Shown in pieces: positions 29,463 to 32,000 of a DNA stretch of 32,000 nt (position 1 is its first letter; the number at the start of each line of letters is the position of its first letter). The notes under the pieces are model-generated. The model made no database searches and was not told where the DNA came from. It worked only from the letters and a program-made list of their open reading frames with translations. The position numbers and the translations under genes are program-made. Source of the stretch: Bigelowiella natans nucleomorph (taxonomy: Eukaryota; Protista; Cercozoa); contig DQ158856.1 of the NCBI GenBank assembly GCA_000002455.1, positions 60,001 through 92,000 of the forward strand, in the 5' to 3' direction.

Positions 29463-31550
29463 TTAATCTATTTTTTCAAGATTAGGATCAGCCTTAAACC
29501 ATTTTTTATCTTTTAACAAATATTCTTCTTCAATTAGTTCGGTACTGTTTAAGTTTAGACCTAACTCTAGAATTCTAGATACACGTTGACTAAAATTAGT
29601 TGGATTATCTATAGAAAATCCAGAAACGATTAAAGTTACATCAAATAATAAATAAGTAATATCCCGTATCATTTTATCAGTTCTATCCAACTCAACTCTT
29701 CTTTTTAATTCTTGAATTATTTTATTTTCAGGATTTATTTCATAAGTTTTTTTTGAAGCCATATATGAGGACATCGTAGAATCTCTCAGGGCTTGGGCTT
29801 TCATTATTCTTTCCATATTAGCAGTCCACCCATATTCACCTGTCACTAAACATCCAGGCGATTTTTGAATTCTATCAGAAACAATTACTTTTTCTACCTG
29901 ATCTCCTAAAATTTCTTTCATCACTTCACACAAATCTGAATAAGATGCAACCAATTCATCATGTTTTTTTTGTGATTCGACGTCTAGTTCGTCAAGCGTG
30001 AGGCCTTCTTTAGTAACGCATACTAATTTATAACCTTCGAACTCTTTCAATTGCTGCATACAGTATTCATCCATCGGATCTATCATATAAATAACCTCTA
30101 TATCATTGTAAAGTAGTTTCTCTATGAAAGGCGACTTTTTCAATACCTCTGTACTTTCTCCAATAATGTAATAAATTTTTTTTTGTTTAGGTAAACATCG
30201 AGCGATATAATCCTTAAAGCTTACTGTCTCCTCATCAACTTTAGATGAGCGAAATCTTAAGAGTTCAGCTAGTTTAGATCTATTCTGAGAGTCTTCATGT
30301 ACTCCTAATTTGATGTTTTTACTGAAAGCTTCATAGAATTTCGAGTAATCATCACAATCATTGCTAATCTCAATGAACATCTCTAAACATTTTTTCACCA
30401 AGTTTTTCTTAATTACTTTCAAGATTTTGTTTTGTTGGAGAGCTTCTCTCGATATATTTAGAGGTAAATCTTCCGAATCAACGATTCCTTTGATAAAATT
30501 TAAGTATTCAGGTATTAGATCTTGACAGTTATCCATAATAAATACTCTACGAACGTACAGTTTGATATTGTTAGATTTTTTTCTGGAATCAAAAAGATCA
30601 AAAGGAGCTCTACGTGGAACATAAAGTATTGCCTTAAAATCAACTTGTCCTTCTACTGAAAAATGTTTTTTAGCTAAATGATCTTCCCAATCATTAGTAA
30701 TCGACTTATAGAATGAGGAATATTCTTCTTCACTAATATCCTGAGATCTTTTCATCCATATAGGTTTTTGTTTATTCAGAACAATCAGTTCTTTTTTTAC
30801 TTCCTTAACTTTTTGAACGTCTGCAGAATTTTCATTTTTTTCTGACGACTGTTCATTTACTACATCTTTTTCAACTATCTTCTCAACTTCTAAAGCGATT
30901 GGATAACTAATGAACTCACTATGTTTCTTAATGATTTCTTTAAGACGTCTTTCTTCTAAAAACTCTAGCTGGTCATCTTTAAGGTATAAAACAACTCTAG
31001 TTCCTCTACCAAAGTTCACGATTGGCTGAATTTTTCTTATACTAAAAGAACCACCTGCTAATGATTCCCATGAATAGTAATCATCAAGATTATGCTTAGT
31101 AAAAATTATGACTTTTTTTGAAACTAAATAAGAAGCATAAAAACCAACTCCAAATTGACCAATCAATGATAAATCAGTTCCTTGTTTTAAAGCTTCAACA
31201 AATCTTTTAGTTCCCGATCTAGCAATTGTTCCAATATTATTGATAAGATCGTTTTTAGTCATACCTATTCCAGAATCTGCAATTGTTAAAGTATTGTTAG
31301 CTTTATTGGGTATGATATGAATGTATAAATCTGCTTCAGCATCAAGTATGCTTGGCTCACTTATAGACTGGTATCTCACTTTATCTAAGGCATCAGAAGA
31401 GTTAGAAATTAGTTCACGTAAAAATATTTCTTTTTTTTTATAAAAAGTATTAACAATTAAAGATAGTAGTTGATTTACTTCGGTTTGAAAATAAAATATT
31501 TGACCTTTTTCTAAAAGCACATATTCTTGATTATTTGGTGCACACATCAT
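29463..31550 (-). CDS. hsp90: Cytosolic-type Hsp90, no intron detected
   Basis: [65 protein letters not shown]. Confidence 0.99.
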   Translation of the reverse strand: MMCAPNNQEYVLLEKGQIFYFQTEVNQLLSLIVNTFYKKKEIFLRELISNSSDALDKVRYQSISEPSILDAEADLYIHIIPNKANNTLTIADSGIGMTKNDLINNIGTIARSGTKRFVEALKQGTDLSLIGQFGVGFYASYLVSKKVIIFTKHNLDDYYSWESLAGGSFSIRKIQPIVNFGRGTRVVLYLKDDQLEFLEERRLKEIIKKHSEFISYPIALEVEKIVEKDVVNEQSSEKNENSADVQKVKEVKKELIVLNKQKPIWMKRSQDISEEEYSSFYKSITNDWEDHLAKKHFSVEGQVDFKAILYVPRRAPFDLFDSRKKSNNIKLYVRRVFIMDNCQDLIPEYLNFIKGIVDSEDLPLNISREALQQNKILKVIKKNLVKKCLEMFIEISNDCDDYSKFYEAFSKNIKLGVHEDSQNRSKLAELLRFRSSKVDEETVSFKDYIARCLPKQKKIYYIIGESTEVLKKSPFIEKLLYNDIEVIYMIDPMDEYCMQQLKEFEGYKLVCVTKEGLTLDELDVESQKKHDELVASYSDLCEVMKEILGDQVEKVIVSDRIQKSPGCLVTGEYGWTANMERIMKAQALRDSTMSSYMASKKTYEINPENKIIQELKRRVELDRTDKMIRDITYLLFDVTLIVSGFSIDNPTNFSQRVSRILELGLNLNSTELIEEEYLLKDKKWFKADPNLEKID

Positions 31551-31751
31551 AATCTTTCATTTAGTATATAGTCGGTAGGTTAATTCTATAATACTCATTA
31601 TACCCAAACTATAATTTTACTTGGTTTTTTCATTTATATTATGAAAATTAAAATATATTAGATTTAAATCCGCAAACATAAATTTTAGACAAAAATAATT
31701 TATTATACGACAATCATAATATTCACAAAAAAAGATTTATACAAGTTTTTT

Positions 31752-32000
31752 ATGATAAGTAATGATACATTTATCAGTAGATATATAAGTTTCAGATATC
31801 AAAATAACGAAAAATATAATAAGACGCGCCTGACAAATTTCGAACCAGCTAGAATATTAAAATATAATATGAATAATTTTTTTACTTTAAAGAATAAATA
31901 TACCAGTAATTTTTCAGCTACGAAAAATAAATCAGCTGTTAGATCAAGATTTTTCTTAAATTATTTATGTTTTTATTTAAGCATTATATATATGAATAGT
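31752..32000 (+). CDS. Hypothetical protein, partial (runs off the window end)
   Basis: Stop-free frame of 83 codons from ATG 31752 (MISNDTFISRYISFRYQNNEK...). Confidence 0.35.
   Translation, partial: MISNDTFISRYISFRYQNNEKYNKTRLTNFEPARILKYNMNNFFTLKNKYTSNFSATKNKSAVRSRFFLNYLCFYLSIIYMNS

Noticed and set aside
1-32000. Prokaryotic or viral interpretation, stop-codon reassignment, mobile elements, CRISPR arrays
   Set aside because: Interruptions in the recognised genes are resolved by GT-AG mini-introns, long genes read in the standard code, and no repeat arrays or transposase motifs were seen.

Overview
Very AT-rich, extremely gene-dense eukaryotic DNA in which most short genes are split by 18-21 nt GT-AG introns. 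That signature, cytosolic-type information-processing genes and several plastid-destined genes identify it as a chlorarachniophyte nucleomorph (relict green-algal endosymbiont nucleus, Bigelowiella-type); the species cannot be confirmed from the sequence alone. The ORF track directly shows rpa1, prp8, sufB, cpn60 and hsp90, plus fragments of rpl8, tatC and clpP. Manually splicing out the tiny introns recovers genes the track misses: rpl40, SmD1, rps17, fcf1/utp24, a MORN-repeat TIC100-like protein, a minimal BDP1, rpl18, a WD40-less prp19, a probable rpl22 and several hypothetical proteins. There are three tRNAs (Leu-CAA, intron-containing Met-CAT, Asn-GTT). The two most striking observations are a candidate ~78-nt U3 snoRNA reduced to its 18S-pairing boxes plus one C'/D kink-turn, and a nucleomorph-encoded TIC100 homolog within a cluster of plastid-biogenesis genes. 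All homology calls rest on remembered motifs and hand translation, not database searches.
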